DNA of 5,130 bases from Candidatus Iainarchaeum sp. GTDB lineage: Archaea; Iainarchaeota; Iainarchaeia; Iainarchaeales; CSSED10-239. Under the pieces are notes generated by a model that was not told where the DNA came from, ran no database searches, and was given only the letters and a program-made list of their open reading frames with translations. How positions within the stretch are numbered: position 1 is the first letter of the stretch; the number at the start of each line of letters is the position of its first letter. A program made the position numbers and the translations under genes. Where the stretch lies: assembly GCA_028693335.1 (NCBI GenBank), contig JAQUVR010000053.1, positions 1-5,130 on the forward strand. Direction: 5' to 3'. This document shows positions 4,276 to 5,130 of the stretch, one piece after another.

Positions 4276-5130
4276 TTATCTAAACTTTAGTTTCTTTTTT
4301 TTTACACCTTTCATATTAGCAAATTGATTCATATCTATTTTTGACATATCTAAATTATTTGGATCTATTTCTCCATTTTGTCCTTGAAACTGTTTGGCCA
4401 TTCCTTCCATTTTTTTAGAATCCATTCCTTTAAACATTTTTTTCATTTTCTTAATATGAGAAGATAATTCTTTTACTTCTTCTAAACTTGTTCCAGAACC
4501 TTTAGAAATACGATCCATTCTTGATCTGGTTAAAAAGTCTGGACCATTGTCTAGTTCTTCTTTTGTAAAAGAATCTAAAATCGCTTTATATTTATCCATC
4601 TTCTTTTGACCAACATTCATTTGATCACTAGAAAGTTTATTTCCAACCCCTAAAAAACCCAAAACTTTTGAAAAGGGTCCAAGTTTTTTTGAAAATTCCA
4701 TTTGTTGTTTAAAAAGTTTAAATGTAAAATTTCCTTTTAAAATATCTTCTGGATTAATATTTTTTAAATCTTTACTTTCTTCATCAATATTTATTTCATT
4801 AATTTTTTCTAATAATGATTCTAGATCTCCATAACCCATAATCCTAGACAAATATCTATTAGCATCAAATATTTCTAAATCATCTACTTTTTCACCATTA
4901 CCTATAAAACAGATATTTGATTTGGTGATATAACATGCAGTTAATGCACCACCACCTTTTGCAGATCCATCCATTTTAGTTAAAATAACACCATTTATTC
5001 CAATAGCATCATTAAATGCTGTTGCTTGATCTTTAATTGCTTGACCTATATCTGCAGAGATTACTAAAAATGAATATTTTGAGTTAAATACTGAATTAAT
5101 CTCTTTTATTTCTTTTATTAATTCTTCATC
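4276..5130 (-). CDS. srp54: Signal recognition particle protein SRP54, archaeal type. This is the 3' portion, because the N-terminus lies beyond the window edge.
   Basis: The track ORF starts at Met 4974, but the frame stays open to 5130. Hand translation of 4975-5130 gives DEELIKEIKEINSVFNSKYSFLVISADIGQAIKDQATAFNDAIGINGVILTK, which continues into MDGSAKGGGALTA. That is the G4/G5 region of the SRP GTPase, and SAKGGGAL is the archaeal/eukaryal form, whereas bacterial Ffh has DARGGAAL. M-domain motifs present: GNFTFKLFKQQMEFSKKLGPF and RISKGSGTSLEEVKEL, followed by a Lys-rich tail. Confidence 0.92.
   Translation of the reverse strand, partial: DEELIKEIKEINSVFNSKYSFLVISADIGQAIKDQATAFNDAIGINGVILTKMDGSAKGGGALTACYITKSNICFIGNGEKVDDLEIFDANRYLSRIMGYGDLESLLEKINEINIDEESKDLKNINPEDILKGNFTFKLFKQQMEFSKKLGPFSKVLGFLGVGNKLSSDQMNVGQKKMDKYKAILDSFTKEELDNGPDFLTRSRMDRISKGSGTSLEEVKELSSHIKKMKKMFKGMDSKKMEGMAKQFQGQNGEIDPNNLDMSKIDMNQFANMKGVKKKKLKFR

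Noticed and set aside
4972-4974. Met at 4974 as the SRP54 start
   Set aside because: The frame stays open to the window edge, and the upstream translation is clearly the SRP54 GTPase domain. The gene is truncated by the window and does not start here.
1-5130. Homopolymer A/T tracts (e.g. 201-209, 345-359, 4296-4305) as phase-variation or slippage sites; also CRISPR arrays and IS elements
   Set aside because: The tracts are the expected consequence of Lys (AAA) and Phe (TTT) codons in a very AT-rich genome, and they keep their frames intact. I saw no regularly spaced repeats, no transposase or integrase, and no terminal inverted repeats.

Overview
This is a very AT-rich, tightly packed prokaryotic window, and the informational and secretion genes look archaeal. 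The SRP54 has the TKMDGSAKGGGAL motif, and the A24 peptidase is of the FlaK/PibD type with no methyltransferase domain. That fits a small-genome, DPANN-like archaeon, but this is inference only.

Plus strand: an RHH antitoxin and a PIN toxin (VapBC-like, with overlapping coding regions), then a roughly 240-nt spacer, then a full-length RadC/JAB protein.

Minus strand, co-directional and compact: SRP54 (5' end truncated by the window edge), then 10 nt, an A24 prepilin/preflagellin peptidase, then 37 nt, a tRNA-guanine transglycosylase, then 48 nt, a polybasic-tailed multi-pass membrane protein of unknown family.

Two observations deserve a second look. (1) The vapC-radC spacer is a GC-elevated island. 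By hand count it is about 43% GC, against about 22% in a sampled stretch of vapC. It carries an unlisted 58-codon minus-strand ORF (a Gly-rich hydrophobic N-terminus plus a strongly basic tail), a 10-bp hairpin and an out-of-frame direct repeat. I cannot tell from sequence alone whether it encodes a small membrane protein or a structured RNA. (2) The transglycosylase is colinear with bacterial queuosine-type Tgt rather than archaeosine ArcTGT. It is catalytic-domain only, with no C-terminal or PUA domains, which is unexpected next to archaeal-type neighbours.

I saw no CRISPR array, transposase, integrase, tRNA or rRNA.
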